A stretch of DNA of 64,000 nt, taken from an uncultured bacterium. Its GTDB lineage: Bacteria; Babelota; Babeliae; Babelales; Babelaceae. The notes under the pieces are model-generated. The model was not told the DNA's origin. It did not search any database and worked only from the letters and a program-made list of their open reading frames with translations. Shown piece after piece: positions 50,968 to 60,720 of the stretch; the first letter of the stretch is position 1; the number at the start of each line of letters is the position of its first letter. The position numbers and the translations under genes were made by a program. Location: the NCBI GenBank assembly GCA_963824495.1, contig CAWGPQ010000006.1:107438-171437 (forward strand), written 5' to 3'.

Positions 50968-52425
50968 ATGCGCCAAGTGATACGTAATGTTTTCTTATGT
51001 ACAAGTATGATGGTGCTGCTCATGCAGCCATATTGTAGGTCGTGCGACACCACCTCAAACCCTTATGTGCTTACAGGCATAGCATCAGCAGGTGTTGCTG
51101 CAGCAGTAGGTTTGTTTAAGTATATCGGTGATACCACAACACTTCAGCGCCTTAAAATGGAACACGATGCTCAACAAGTAACACGAGTTTCACATGAGCA
51201 AGGGTTAATTAGACTGTCTAATACTATCATGGAGCTTAAGGCTCATTATGCCGAAGCGTGTAAGATAGCTGCTCAGCCATATAGTGAAGAGATGGTTCTC
51301 AAGCTGGCAGAGCACGTTATTCCAAAAGCAGAATTGACTGGCTCCATAACTCTCCGTGCTCTTGAAGCGCATCTTAAAACATTAAAAGACTTTAAAGAAT
51401 TAACTGTTATTATTGACAAGCACGCGAAACTCAGTTCAGAATACCGAGACTTGGTGCTCTATGCCCAGCCACTACTACCTGAGCTTGATAATCTTATAGA
51501 ACAGCTACATATCTTACATGACGTGCTAACGCATGAAGCTGGCTTTATACAGCTATACTACGAAATCAGTAAAGAATATGCCCAAAAATATGCTGCCGAA
51601 ATTCAACTATATGCCCAACATGCTCAGGACATAACTCCATCCGATCAATATCTTAAAGAATTAATGCTGCTTGTTTTAATGCGTATGGATCAAATAAAAC
51701 ATGTGTATCCGGTACTTGACTACATGGCAGAACTTACGCACGATATACAATCTATTAAGAAGGCATTGAGTGCAGTACAAGCTCAAGCATTGTATAACAG
51801 TTTGCCTCTTCATAAGCACCTTGTAAGTTCAGCAGAAAACTTAGTAACAGCTTTGACAAAAACGCGTGATGTTATGAGTGTCAGTGAGCGGTTTAATCAT
51901 GATCGAGTTGAAAAAGAGCAGTCGGTAAGTTTACAAAAAACTGCTGATGCAGAGATGCGCAAAGCCCAAGCAGAAGAAATGCGTCTTCGTGCTAAAGAGC
52001 AAGAAGTAGCCGAACTTAAACGCCAAAATCAGCTTAACGAACGAGCTCTTGTTGCCAAAGAGCATGAGATAAGGCTGGGTGTGTTATTTGAGCCGGAGCG
52101 TCAACGCTTAGCACAGGAAGCAAGCACGTGGCAGGCAAGCTATCAAAAAATAGCTCATGAAAAAGAGGAGCTTGGCAAGAGCTTTGCAGCCCTTAATAAC
52201 GTTTACATAGATACTCATGAGAAATTTAAACAACTAAAAGAAGCCCACAAGAAGCTTGATGCCCGTGATTATCAACTACGCACTCAACTCATGCACCTTC
52301 TTCAAGCTTTGGCGGCCAAACTTAATGCCCCACCAGTTAATCCTGAAACCGTTGTGTATTTGAGAGAATACTTGAATAGCTTGCTACAGCTTGTTAACCA
52401 AGCACACATCGAAGTTAACCGTTAA
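50968..52425 (+). CDS. Membrane-anchored or secreted coiled-coil protein (paralog of the previous gene)
   Basis: Same motifs as 49847..50953, with a longer C-terminal coiled coil. Confidence 0.75.
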   Translation: MRQVIRNVFLCTSMMVLLMQPYCRSCDTTSNPYVLTGIASAGVAAAVGLFKYIGDTTTLQRLKMEHDAQQVTRVSHEQGLIRLSNTIMELKAHYAEACKIAAQPYSEEMVLKLAEHVIPKAELTGSITLRALEAHLKTLKDFKELTVIIDKHAKLSSEYRDLVLYAQPLLPELDNLIEQLHILHDVLTHEAGFIQLYYEISKEYAQKYAAEIQLYAQHAQDITPSDQYLKELMLLVLMRMDQIKHVYPVLDYMAELTHDIQSIKKALSAVQAQALYNSLPLHKHLVSSAENLVTALTKTRDVMSVSERFNHDRVEKEQSVSLQKTADAEMRKAQAEEMRLRAKEQEVAELKRQNQLNERALVAKEHEIRLGVLFEPERQRLAQEASTWQASYQKIAHEKEELGKSFAALNNVYIDTHEKFKQLKEAHKKLDARDYQLRTQLMHLLQALAAKLNAPPVNPETVVYLREYLNSLLQLVNQAHIEVNR

Positions 52426-52883
52426 CCGTTAAGAGCTGATAACTTTTTGAGTATAAAGGCTTCTTTGGCTCGCATGCGGCGATAATCATGATCTTCAATA
52501 TGATCGTAGCCTAAAAGGTGACAGATACCGTGTACTAATAGTACACGCATACGTTGCTGGAATGTAACATGATGTTTCTCTGCTTCTTTGATAATATACT
52601 CTGCTGAAATAATCAAATCACCCAAATTTTTATCTTCAGAGCTGATCGGCTTAATGCGCTCGCCTGCTTTAAGATGAGGATGATAAGGGAACGACAGAAT
52701 ATCCGTAGGCTTGTCAACATGACGATAGGTGCGATTATACGTTCTGATAGTTGTATTGGTTGTTATCCAAATACCAAGATCATAATCTGAGTAGGTAAGT
52801 ATATCAAGAATGGTTTGAGCATCATGCATAACGTGAGCTGTATCGATAGGTACTTTGCGTTGCGTATTTTTTAGTAAGATCAT
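52422..52883 (-). CDS. ybeY: rRNA maturation endoribonuclease YbeY
   Basis: DKPTDILSF, LGDLIIS and HGICHLLGYDH motifs. Confidence 0.96.
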   Translation of the reverse strand: MILLKNTQRKVPIDTAHVMHDAQTILDILTYSDYDLGIWITTNTTIRTYNRTYRHVDKPTDILSFPYHPHLKAGERIKPISSEDKNLGDLIISAEYIIKEAEKHHVTFQQRMRVLLVHGICHLLGYDHIEDHDYRRMRAKEAFILKKLSALNG

Positions 52884-55369
52884 TCAAAAGTACTCACGAT
52901 AATAGCGTCCCAGTACGTATCAGTTTGTTTCAAGCGAGAAGTTTCAGAAGTTGGCGTGCTATACTGTATATTTTCAGCGTGAGCTATGCCCTTGAGTAGC
53001 TTCTCGTTAAGGCGTAAAAATTCAAGAATATGAGGTTGAGCTTCAAGTATAAGTATACGTAATGGCGTGCGTAGCGAAAGCTGTGCTTCACTTTTGAGCT
53101 TACGTATCGTGTGTACACTATCTAATATATAACGAAATAGATGTGCCCGTTCAGGATCCGGTTCAGGCATGTGTGTATGCGCAAATCGTAACTGATGTAT
53201 CGACGATACTGGTTCATGCTGTTTATAGAGAGCACCATAAATTGTTTCAGTTACATGAGGCACAAAGGGTGCGTAAAGCTGTAGTATGCGCAAGCCAATT
53301 GTATACAGCATCTCTCGTGTTGCTTCAACTTCTTCAACGGTATAGAGAGCACTATTAAATAGTTGATCTTTAATACATTCAAGATAGTTATCACAAAAGT
53401 CATGCCAGAAGAACTTTTCAAGAGCTTCCAGGGCGATACTAAATTCGTAGCGGCTAAACGCATCCGTATAACGCTTAAACATATCATGTGCCTGAGCAAT
53501 AATCCATTGATGTACAGGAGCTAAGCTTTTTACCCATGTCTCAGTTCTATACTCAGTAGATGGCCTATACCCTTGTGTGTGCTGATGAACAAATCTAAAG
53601 GCATTCCAGAGCTTGGTAATTAAGCGTTGGCCGATTTTAATTTGCTGCTCAGAGAATGCTATATCTTGGCCCAAGGCTCCCGATGCCGTCCAGAATCGTA
53701 TTGCATCAGCTGGATACAGCTTAAGTAAGTCTTCAGGCGAACGAGCACTGTTGCCTTTTGACTTAGAGAGCTTTTCTTTCTCATTACTAAGCACATGGCC
53801 AGAAATAACGATATCCTTCCAGGGTATAACGCCATCATGCATCCATGTTTTGACAATCGTATAAAAAGCCCATGTACGAATAATATCGTGTGCTTGTGGA
53901 CGCATGCTCATAGGTAAAAACAGCTCGTTGGACTGCTCAAGTCCTGCTCGAGAGTTTTGGTACAGCTCTCGACAAATATAGGGTGTTAACGATGAGGTAT
54001 TCCAGGTATCCATAACGTCAGTGTCAGGTACAATAGTACTTGTGGGACATGCTGGACAGATGCCCCTACAGGCTGTTTCTTGCGGGTCAACCGGTAGATC
54101 ATTCTCGTCAGCTAAAAGAATTTCGCCACATTCACTACAATGCCATACGGGAAAGGGTATCCCATAAAAGCGTTGGCGTGACAGACCCCAGTCCCAGCTG
54201 ATATTTTCTACCCAGTTCTTATAACGAGCTTTCATAAACTCCGGATACCACGTAATCTGATCGCCAAGCTCAATAAATTTTTCTTTGAATGGCAAGATTT
54301 TCAAGAACCATTGCGGAAGCATAAGATACTCTATTTCTTTTTTGCACCGCTCGTGTATATTAACGGCATGCATGATGGGCTTCTGATCACCAACGAGCTG
54401 GTGTTCAGCAAAAGCCTCAAGAATAGCCTCACGTGCTTCAGCTACTTTCTTGCCAGCAAGCATACCCGTATCTTCAAGAAACTTGCCATCTTTGCCAACA
54501 GAAGGGCGATAGGGCAGATTAAACTTCTTAAACCACTCAACGTCAACGCTATCACCAAAGGTACAGCACATAACAAGACCACTTCCCTTGTCCGGGGCAA
54601 CACGCTCATCTTCAAGTATAGGTACAGTATGCGTATACAGCGGTACCTGCGCCATCTTGCCCTTTAAATTTTTATAGCGAGTGTCGGCAGGATTATAGAT
54701 AAGTGCTACACATGACGGCAGAAGCTCAGGACGGGTTGTTGCTATTCGTACTGGCATGCCATCACTGGTCGTAAAGATAATCTCACTCAAGAGTCCTGGT
54801 TTTTCGGCATCTTCAAGCTCTGCTTGAGCTACAGAAGTACGACATGTTGTACAATAGAGTGCGGGCTCATTTTTACGATAGATATAGCCATTTTTATAAA
54901 GCTCTATAAACGAAGCTTGTGATAAAGCACGAACCATAGTACCGATAGTTGAATATGACTGGGTCCAATCAACCGATAGACCGATATGTTGCCATAACTC
55001 TTTGAATTGCTTTTCGGCAAGTTGTGTCTCTTGCAAGCACAGTTCAATAAATGCTGAACGACTCATCGTATGTGACGCTATGCCTAGTTTTTTCTCAACA
55101 TAGCGCTCAGTAGGTAGCCCATTATCATCAAAACCAAAGGGATAATAGACGCTCAAGCCGCTCATGCGCTTATAGCGGGCAATAATATCAGTTTGAGTAT
55201 ATGAAAAGATATGACCAGTATGTAACGATCCCGATACCGTTGGCGGTGGAGTATCAATACTATAGAGCGGACCAGGGTTATTACGGGCAGCATATGTCTT
55301 TTCAGCTATCCATAATTCCTGGGCTGCACGTTCGGCTAAAGGGGCATTATACGTAGTATCCATGTGCAA
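52880..55369 (-). CDS. valS: Valyl-tRNA synthetase (archaeal-type)
   Basis: DTPPPTVSGSLHTGH, GFDDNGLPTER, DWGLSRQRFYGIPFP, RPQAHDIIRTW and KLSKSKGN motifs. Confidence 0.96.
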   Translation of the reverse strand: MHMDTTYNAPLAERAAQELWIAEKTYAARNNPGPLYSIDTPPPTVSGSLHTGHIFSYTQTDIIARYKRMSGLSVYYPFGFDDNGLPTERYVEKKLGIASHTMSRSAFIELCLQETQLAEKQFKELWQHIGLSVDWTQSYSTIGTMVRALSQASFIELYKNGYIYRKNEPALYCTTCRTSVAQAELEDAEKPGLLSEIIFTTSDGMPVRIATTRPELLPSCVALIYNPADTRYKNLKGKMAQVPLYTHTVPILEDERVAPDKGSGLVMCCTFGDSVDVEWFKKFNLPYRPSVGKDGKFLEDTGMLAGKKVAEAREAILEAFAEHQLVGDQKPIMHAVNIHERCKKEIEYLMLPQWFLKILPFKEKFIELGDQITWYPEFMKARYKNWVENISWDWGLSRQRFYGIPFPVWHCSECGEILLADENDLPVDPQETACRGICPACPTSTIVPDTDVMDTWNTSSLTPYICRELYQNSRAGLEQSNELFLPMSMRPQAHDIIRTWAFYTIVKTWMHDGVIPWKDIVISGHVLSNEKEKLSKSKGNSARSPEDLLKLYPADAIRFWTASGALGQDIAFSEQQIKIGQRLITKLWNAFRFVHQHTQGYRPSTEYRTETWVKSLAPVHQWIIAQAHDMFKRYTDAFSRYEFSIALEALEKFFWHDFCDNYLECIKDQLFNSALYTVEEVEATREMLYTIGLRILQLYAPFVPHVTETIYGALYKQHEPVSSIHQLRFAHTHMPEPDPERAHLFRYILDSVHTIRKLKSEAQLSLRTPLRILILEAQPHILEFLRLNEKLLKGIAHAENIQYSTPTSETSRLKQTDTYWDAIIVSTFE

Positions 55370-55456
55370 GTAGCTATCGAGAATAAGATGTGGCCTATAC
55401 TTTTTATAAGTATACTAAAGCTGCGCTGAGAGCGCAAATTGATACTAACCTCAAGG

Positions 55457-56962
55457 TCAAGAGTTGGAGTTAGGGTTTGATCTTGCTTGTGTAGGCAGAC
55501 CCGGAGCGATAGCATAGCGGGCAATAAGAGCGGTGATCTCAGCAGGGAGTACACCATCGGGCACAGCAGCCAAAGGCTGAGCTGTGCCGTTGACGTTATT
55601 ATTGGTATAGATTACGCCCAAGCGCCCTTCTGCTCCATTGTGCGATACTAATCGTAATATGATCCGGGCTGCATTGTGCTCAATCAGTTCTGCTATTTTG
55701 TTGCGATGCGTTCTAATGGCAACACTTAAAGCAGTCTGCCCATCATGATTAGGAATAGTAGCCAGGGCTTCAGCTTTAAGTAACTGTCTGGCTATAGCAG
55801 TACGACCAGCTTGAGTAGCTAGGTGTAACGCTGTATCTCCATTACTATTCTGAGCATTAATACGTGCATCATGAGCAAGTAATGCTTGCAAAGTAAGATC
55901 GTTATCATTACGTGCAGCTAAGTGTAAGGCAGTATTGCCTTCATCATCTTGTATATGTATATCGGGATTGTAGGTAGTAAGTAAATCTTCAACAAGTTTA
56001 TTATAATTTTGGGCAACTGCCCAATGTAACGCTGTCATGCCAAACTCATCTTGGAGGTCAATGCGATGAACTGGAATATGGCTTGACTGAGAGTCTTCAT
56101 ACTTAGCCTCCTTATGTGGCCGTTCTCCAAGAAGTCTCGTAATAGTATTAGTATCTCTGATTGTAATTGCTCGAGCAAGAGGTGAAATGCTGCTTTCCCT
56201 TAATTTTTGTATAATAATATACTTATATTCATCTGATAAGTGCAAAGGTATGGTGGCACCGCAGCGTACAAGCAGTTCAACTATATCTATATAATTTTCT
56301 TCAGTGGCCAGTCCGAGCGCAGTTTTGCCATCCTCATCAGCACGATTAATATGAGCACCGTGCCCTATAAGCACTCTAACTATATCTATATGGCCATACA
56401 AGGCTGCCTCCATAAGAGCAGTCCAATTATTGTTATTAGCGACATGTATATCAGCATCATGCTCTATAAGTATTTCGACTATATTGGTACATCCATGATA
56501 AGCTGCTGTTGCAAGAGCAGTATTGTGGTCTTGGCTGGTGTGATTGATAATGGCACCGTGCTCTATAAGCATTTTGATTACGTCTATATTATTATTATCC
56601 ATACTTGCCCATATAAGAGCAGTCCAACCTTTATCATCGATACAATTAACGTTAGCACCGTGCTCTATAAGTATTCTAACCATCTCTCTATGTCCGCTCT
56701 CAGATGCATACATCAGAGCAGTTTTGCCAGTATTATCGGTATAATTAACATTAGCACCTTGAGCAAGTGCTTCTTTTACAGCTTGCGTATTTCCTGCTTC
56801 TGCTGCCGCCTCTAACAACTGCTGATTGGGCTGATCTCTAGGCTGATCATTAAGCTGAGGCTGGTCTTGTTCTTCATTGGGGGGAACATGCATACTCATA
56901 AGCTGATTTGAGCAGCATAGAACAGTACTAAAACTTGCCAATACCAGCATGTACTTGTTCAC
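55457..56962 (-). CDS. Secreted ankyrin-repeat protein with C-terminal LPAEI (F-box-like) motif
   Basis: About 10 ankyrin repeats (GKTALMYA, GWTALIWA, GMTALHWA, GNTALHLA); C-terminal LPAEITALIARYAIAPG. Start GTG 56962 or ATG 56950. Confidence 0.9.
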   Translation of the reverse strand: MNKYMLVLASFSTVLCCSNQLMSMHVPPNEEQDQPQLNDQPRDQPNQQLLEAAAEAGNTQAVKEALAQGANVNYTDNTGKTALMYASESGHREMVRILIEHGANVNCIDDKGWTALIWASMDNNNIDVIKMLIEHGAIINHTSQDHNTALATAAYHGCTNIVEILIEHDADIHVANNNNWTALMEAALYGHIDIVRVLIGHGAHINRADEDGKTALGLATEENYIDIVELLVRCGATIPLHLSDEYKYIIIQKLRESSISPLARAITIRDTNTITRLLGERPHKEAKYEDSQSSHIPVHRIDLQDEFGMTALHWAVAQNYNKLVEDLLTTYNPDIHIQDDEGNTALHLAARNDNDLTLQALLAHDARINAQNSNGDTALHLATQAGRTAIARQLLKAEALATIPNHDGQTALSVAIRTHRNKIAELIEHNAARIILRLVSHNGAEGRLGVIYTNNNVNGTAQPLAAVPDGVLPAEITALIARYAIAPGLPTQARSNPNSNS

Positions 56963-57078
56963 TTGTGCCTTTATTAAGCTGTATTTTATATAAAATAACA
57001 ATCGTAAGATTGTTATTTTAACTGATGCTTTAAATCATGTCAAAGGTGTTAATAAAATAATTTGATAATAACCCTAGG

Positions 57079-57358
57079 TTAAGAGTTGGAGTTAGGGTTT
57101 AATCTTGCTTGCTTAGGCAGACCCGGAGCCATAGCATAGCGGGCAATAAGAGCGGTGATTTCAGCGGGCAGTATACCATGAGGTACAGCAGCCGAAGGCT
57201 GAGCTGTGCCGTCGGTGTCGTTATTGGTGTTATTATTGGTATAGATTACACCCAAGTACCTTCGTCTTCCTGTATGCGATACTAGTCGTAATGTAGCACG
57301 AGCTGCATTGTGCTCAATCAAGCTTGCTATTTCGTTACGATGATTTCTAACGGCAACA
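57079..57358 (-). pseudogene. Orphan 3' end of a paralogous ankyrin gene (direct repeat of ~55457-55725)
   Basis: Near-identical DNA and protein (NEIASLIEHNAARATLRLVSH...LPAEITALIARYAMAPGLPKQARLNPNSNS), with no ankyrin body upstream. Confidence 0.85.
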
Positions 57359-57676
57359 CCACACCTTGATATGTATAATAACAAAAGTTAAAACTTTGTA
57401 TTGAAAGAAAAGTTGTTGACGTAAATAACAACCAATGCATTGACAATCTGTGGTATAAAAATGACATCAATAACATATTAAAGCTTAAGCTGTTAAGAAT
57501 AAAAGTGCAAATGTTAGTATTACACGTAGGTTCAAAAAAGCCAGGATATGTAAAAGTGCCCAACTCTTGGTGTTTTGCGTTATCCGATGAGCACGCGTTA
57601 ACGAAAGTGTTGACTTTTTGTTTTCTATTTGGTAATCTATATTATAGTTTATCTTATACTCTACAAAGGAGTTATT

Positions 57677-57847
57677 ATGTCGTCCTTTCAATCTAACTGC
57701 CTATCCGAGCAGTTACGTTCACCAGTGGGCTTGTCTACAAGCTTAAGTTCTGTCTTAGTGCTCATCTCCACGAGCTCTTCTCTTTACCATTCATATCATC
57801 ATTCTTATTGGCATTCCAACCATTGGCATAGCCATCTATCTTATTAA
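57677..57847 (+). CDS. 56-aa peptide with His/Trp/Tyr/Ser-rich C-terminus (peptide 1)
   Basis: AAAGGAG RBS then ATG; MSSFQSNCLSEQL...LSTSL...YHSYHHSYWHSNHWHSHLSY; paralog immediately downstream. Confidence 0.75.
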   Translation: MSSFQSNCLSEQLRSPVGLSTSLSSVLVLISTSSSLYHSYHHSYWHSNHWHSHLSY

Positions 57848-57891
57848 TTACCCCCTATTTTAATTTTAGATTTTATTATTAATGTTGGTTG

Positions 57892-57916
57892 AGCTGTGTG
57901 CTTAACAAGCACAGCT
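57892..57916 (+). terminator. Imperfect hairpin between the two peptide genes
   Basis: agctgtgtgctt-aac-aagcacagct (2-nt bulge), followed by taattctgttt. Confidence 0.5.
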
Positions 57917-57961
57917 TAATTCTGTTTGCCTTCACAAAGAGAAAGGTCTTTAGGAGATCTC

Positions 57962-58135
57962 ATGTCCTGTATAGTGCCCAATTGCCTCTATGAGCAATTA
58001 TTCAAACGAATAAGTTTATGTACAAGCTTACAAGTTTTTTCTTCGGCTATTCTTATGTACTCTCTTCCTTCACTTTGCCCTATCTATCACCCTATCTATT
58101 GGCATCATGCCTATTGGCATAGCTACGTATCCTAA
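57962..58135 (+). CDS. 57-aa peptide with His/Trp/Tyr-rich C-terminus (peptide 2)
   Basis: AGGAG RBS then ATG; MSCIVPNCLYEQL...LCTSL...IYHPIYWHHAYWHSYVS. Confidence 0.75.
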   Translation: MSCIVPNCLYEQLFKRISLCTSLQVFSSAILMYSLPSLCPIYHPIYWHHAYWHSYVS

Positions 58136-58242
58136 TTCTCTAGAATTTATTTTTTACCCATAAGCGTTAGCACTTTTGTATAAGCTTCCCGCTTGAGTGT
58201 CATTTTTAAGTTTATTCATATTTTAAATATAAAGGTTTTATC

Positions 58243-59505
58243 ATGAAATTGTATAAATCAATAAGTATTTTTTTGGGATGTGCGTTATGCATAGCGGTGT
58301 GTAATGGCATGAACAATAACAATAGCAATAACAATAACACTAACGATAAGAACGATCCGCCTCAAAACTCTCATAACAATGGCCGGGGATACCAAAATCT
58401 TATGGCATCTTTCACAGATATATTCGAAGCTTTAATCGAGCGTGCTCGTGGTGCTCTTATTGAAGGTCGCTTGTTGGATTTTGATGCTCTTGTAGGCGAT
58501 ACTGCGTGTCATCTACGAGCTTTGTTTGTTGCTTCGCTTTATCAAGCAACAATATCAGGCAAAGAGATATCACGCCCAAATCTAGAGGCCCTAGCCTTTA
58601 CGTATGCTCTTACGCTCTGTCAAACAGCACAACGAGCAGCTGATGGATTTCTTGCTAACGAAACCAATAGTGAGCACAAGCTTCCCGAGGCTGTAGGAAT
58701 TAAAAATACTAAAAAGAATAGAGCGTTACTGAGTCCTTTGCAGCGTACCGTTGCTGATAGGTCGCTAGCATATCTTCAAGGCGAAGCAAGATTACTTGAA
58801 GGACAGCTTGGGGCTGAGCTTCGGGCACAGCTTGATCGACAGGTTATATTTGACCAAAATTACCGCCCGCTTGCTGGATGTTTCCCTGAATTAAGTGTTG
58901 TGTTGGCACGAGCTGCTGCTCAAGGCATACCTATTGTGCTCAGGCTTAGATTGAGTTTTGATATAAAGCACCCATCACAAGGGCTTTTGGTGATGGTGTT
59001 TACTCCGGTTATGTCATCGGAAGGGCTACGGTTTATCTTGACAAACCCTGACAGTATTGATGAGACTCAGGCAGCTCTCGTTATCGATGGTTATACAACA
59101 CGATTTGAAGGATATCGTGATCTTGAATCTCGTATAACAGCTATAAACGAGTTTATGAGCGAGCTTAATCTGGAACGTGCTTTACTAGCCAATGCTGCAA
59201 CACACCCTCAGTTTGCAGGAAATGTTAAAAATACGCCTCTTGATCTACAAGGCCTTTCGTTGCTTGCTCAAGAATTTGAAGCACTCAGAGAATACGCTCG
59301 TGCACATGGTTGCTGTTCAGAGAACAGGAGTCAGTTCTGTATTGATCACTTGTGTGCGGCTCTTGTCAGACAAGCATTGGTGTATAACTTTCGAGGTAAT
59401 GCTGTGCCTAATCCTGCACAAATGTTCAGGGTAGGACCTGTAATTTTTTACAGATTACAAGAACTATTAAAAGAATTGCCAAAGGAGGAAAATCGTGACA
59501 TATAA
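58243..59505 (+). CDS. Hypothetical protein (signal peptide, poly-Asn linker, Cys/His motifs); first gene of the operon
   Basis: 420-aa ORF overlapping the permease start by 11 bp; motifs GDTACHLRA, GCFP, ATHPQF and GCC...FCIDH. Confidence 0.75.
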   Translation: MKLYKSISIFLGCALCIAVCNGMNNNNSNNNNTNDKNDPPQNSHNNGRGYQNLMASFTDIFEALIERARGALIEGRLLDFDALVGDTACHLRALFVASLYQATISGKEISRPNLEALAFTYALTLCQTAQRAADGFLANETNSEHKLPEAVGIKNTKKNRALLSPLQRTVADRSLAYLQGEARLLEGQLGAELRAQLDRQVIFDQNYRPLAGCFPELSVVLARAAAQGIPIVLRLRLSFDIKHPSQGLLVMVFTPVMSSEGLRFILTNPDSIDETQAALVIDGYTTRFEGYRDLESRITAINEFMSELNLERALLANAATHPQFAGNVKNTPLDLQGLSLLAQEFEALREYARAHGCCSENRSQFCIDHLCAALVRQALVYNFRGNAVPNPAQMFRVGPVIFYRLQELLKELPKEENRDI

Positions 59506-60718
59506 TACACAACAATCCTGGCTGCACCTGACTATGGTGCAGCTGGGAGGAGCTTTATGCTTACCCGTAATTATGGTTGGCCAATCCCTTGCTACAACAT
59601 ACGGTTGTATACCAGCGATAACTGCGATCATGATTGGCAATATGCTTCTTATGATAGTGGGTATGATTTTGGTAAGAAATAGCTTTGCGGCACGCACAAG
59701 TACCGTTGAGACAGCTGCTTATTTTTTAGGCACACGAGCGTCAGGTATTTTTGCCCTTACGATGATCCTCTCTATGACCGGATGGTTTGCCCTTCAGCTT
59801 GCTATTATTGGTGGTGCAGCCCAAAAGATGCTTCAGCTTATCCCGCTTGATATATCGCTCACGCTTATCATAGGCATACTTGGCACGTGTATTTTAGGCA
59901 TGGTGTCCTTTGGTATTAAAGGTATCGCTTCATGTGCTACGGTGACAGCGCCTTTATTAGCCCTTACGGTTGGATGTGCTCTTTACAAGAGCTTGATAGG
60001 AGCACCTAATCCTACGGGCGGTATAGCAGTTGCATCAAACATGAGTGCGCTCGGTGCTGTTTCATTAGTTATATCGATAGCACTGGCAGCTGTTATCGAT
60101 ATCCCGACCTATTACCGTCATGCTCGCTCATTAAAAGATGGTACTATAAGCATAATTCTTCTCTTTATAGTTGCCATTCCTCTTATCGAGATGGCCGGCG
60201 TAGCTCTTGGACTACGTCAAACAGGCACGCTTATCGATATTCTTGCTGCTCAAGGAGGGCTGCTCTGGCAATTGTGGGCGACACTGTTTTTGATTATAAG
60301 TGGCTTAGTCGCTAACACTGCTAATTTATATTCGGCAACAGTAAGTCTTAAGGCATTTTTGCCGTCACGCTCAGACAGAGCCAGAGCCGCTCTAGTGGCA
60401 GGGACTGGCATAGTGCTTGCATCGTATAATTTGCTTGAGCATTTTGAAATAGTGCTTACGCATATGGGTATTCTTATCGCAAGCTTAGGCGCAGTTATTG
60501 TCATACGAATCGGGTTATGTGCTTCAGGCAGAGCGCCAGGCTCTCCACAAGCTCCTCTTATTGCGTGGTTAGTAGGAAGCTTAGGAGGATTTCTTTTTAT
60601 GGTATGTGGAACAGAAAATACTGGAAGCTCCGTAGTTAACGCTTTCTTTCTTTCCGCAGCGCTTATACTGCTCAGTGATCTAAGTAATTTTTATAATTTT
60701 TATACGAAAAAAGGTTAG
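59495..60718 (+). CDS. NCS1 / cytosine permease (CodB-like) transporter
   Basis: About 12 TM segments with GWFALQ, D...Y.R.A and NTANLYSA motifs. Confidence 0.85.
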   Translation: MTYNTQQSWLHLTMVQLGGALCLPVIMVGQSLATTYGCIPAITAIMIGNMLLMIVGMILVRNSFAARTSTVETAAYFLGTRASGIFALTMILSMTGWFALQLAIIGGAAQKMLQLIPLDISLTLIIGILGTCILGMVSFGIKGIASCATVTAPLLALTVGCALYKSLIGAPNPTGGIAVASNMSALGAVSLVISIALAAVIDIPTYYRHARSLKDGTISIILLFIVAIPLIEMAGVALGLRQTGTLIDILAAQGGLLWQLWATLFLIISGLVANTANLYSATVSLKAFLPSRSDRARAALVAGTGIVLASYNLLEHFEIVLTHMGILIASLGAVIVIRIGLCASGRAPGSPQAPLIAWLVGSLGGFLFMVCGTENTGSSVVNAFFLSAALILLSDLSNFYNFYTKKG

Positions 60719-60720
60719 CT

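Noticed and set aside
56240..56815. 191-aa plus-strand ORF with repeats
   Set aside because: Antisense shadow of the ankyrin repeats.
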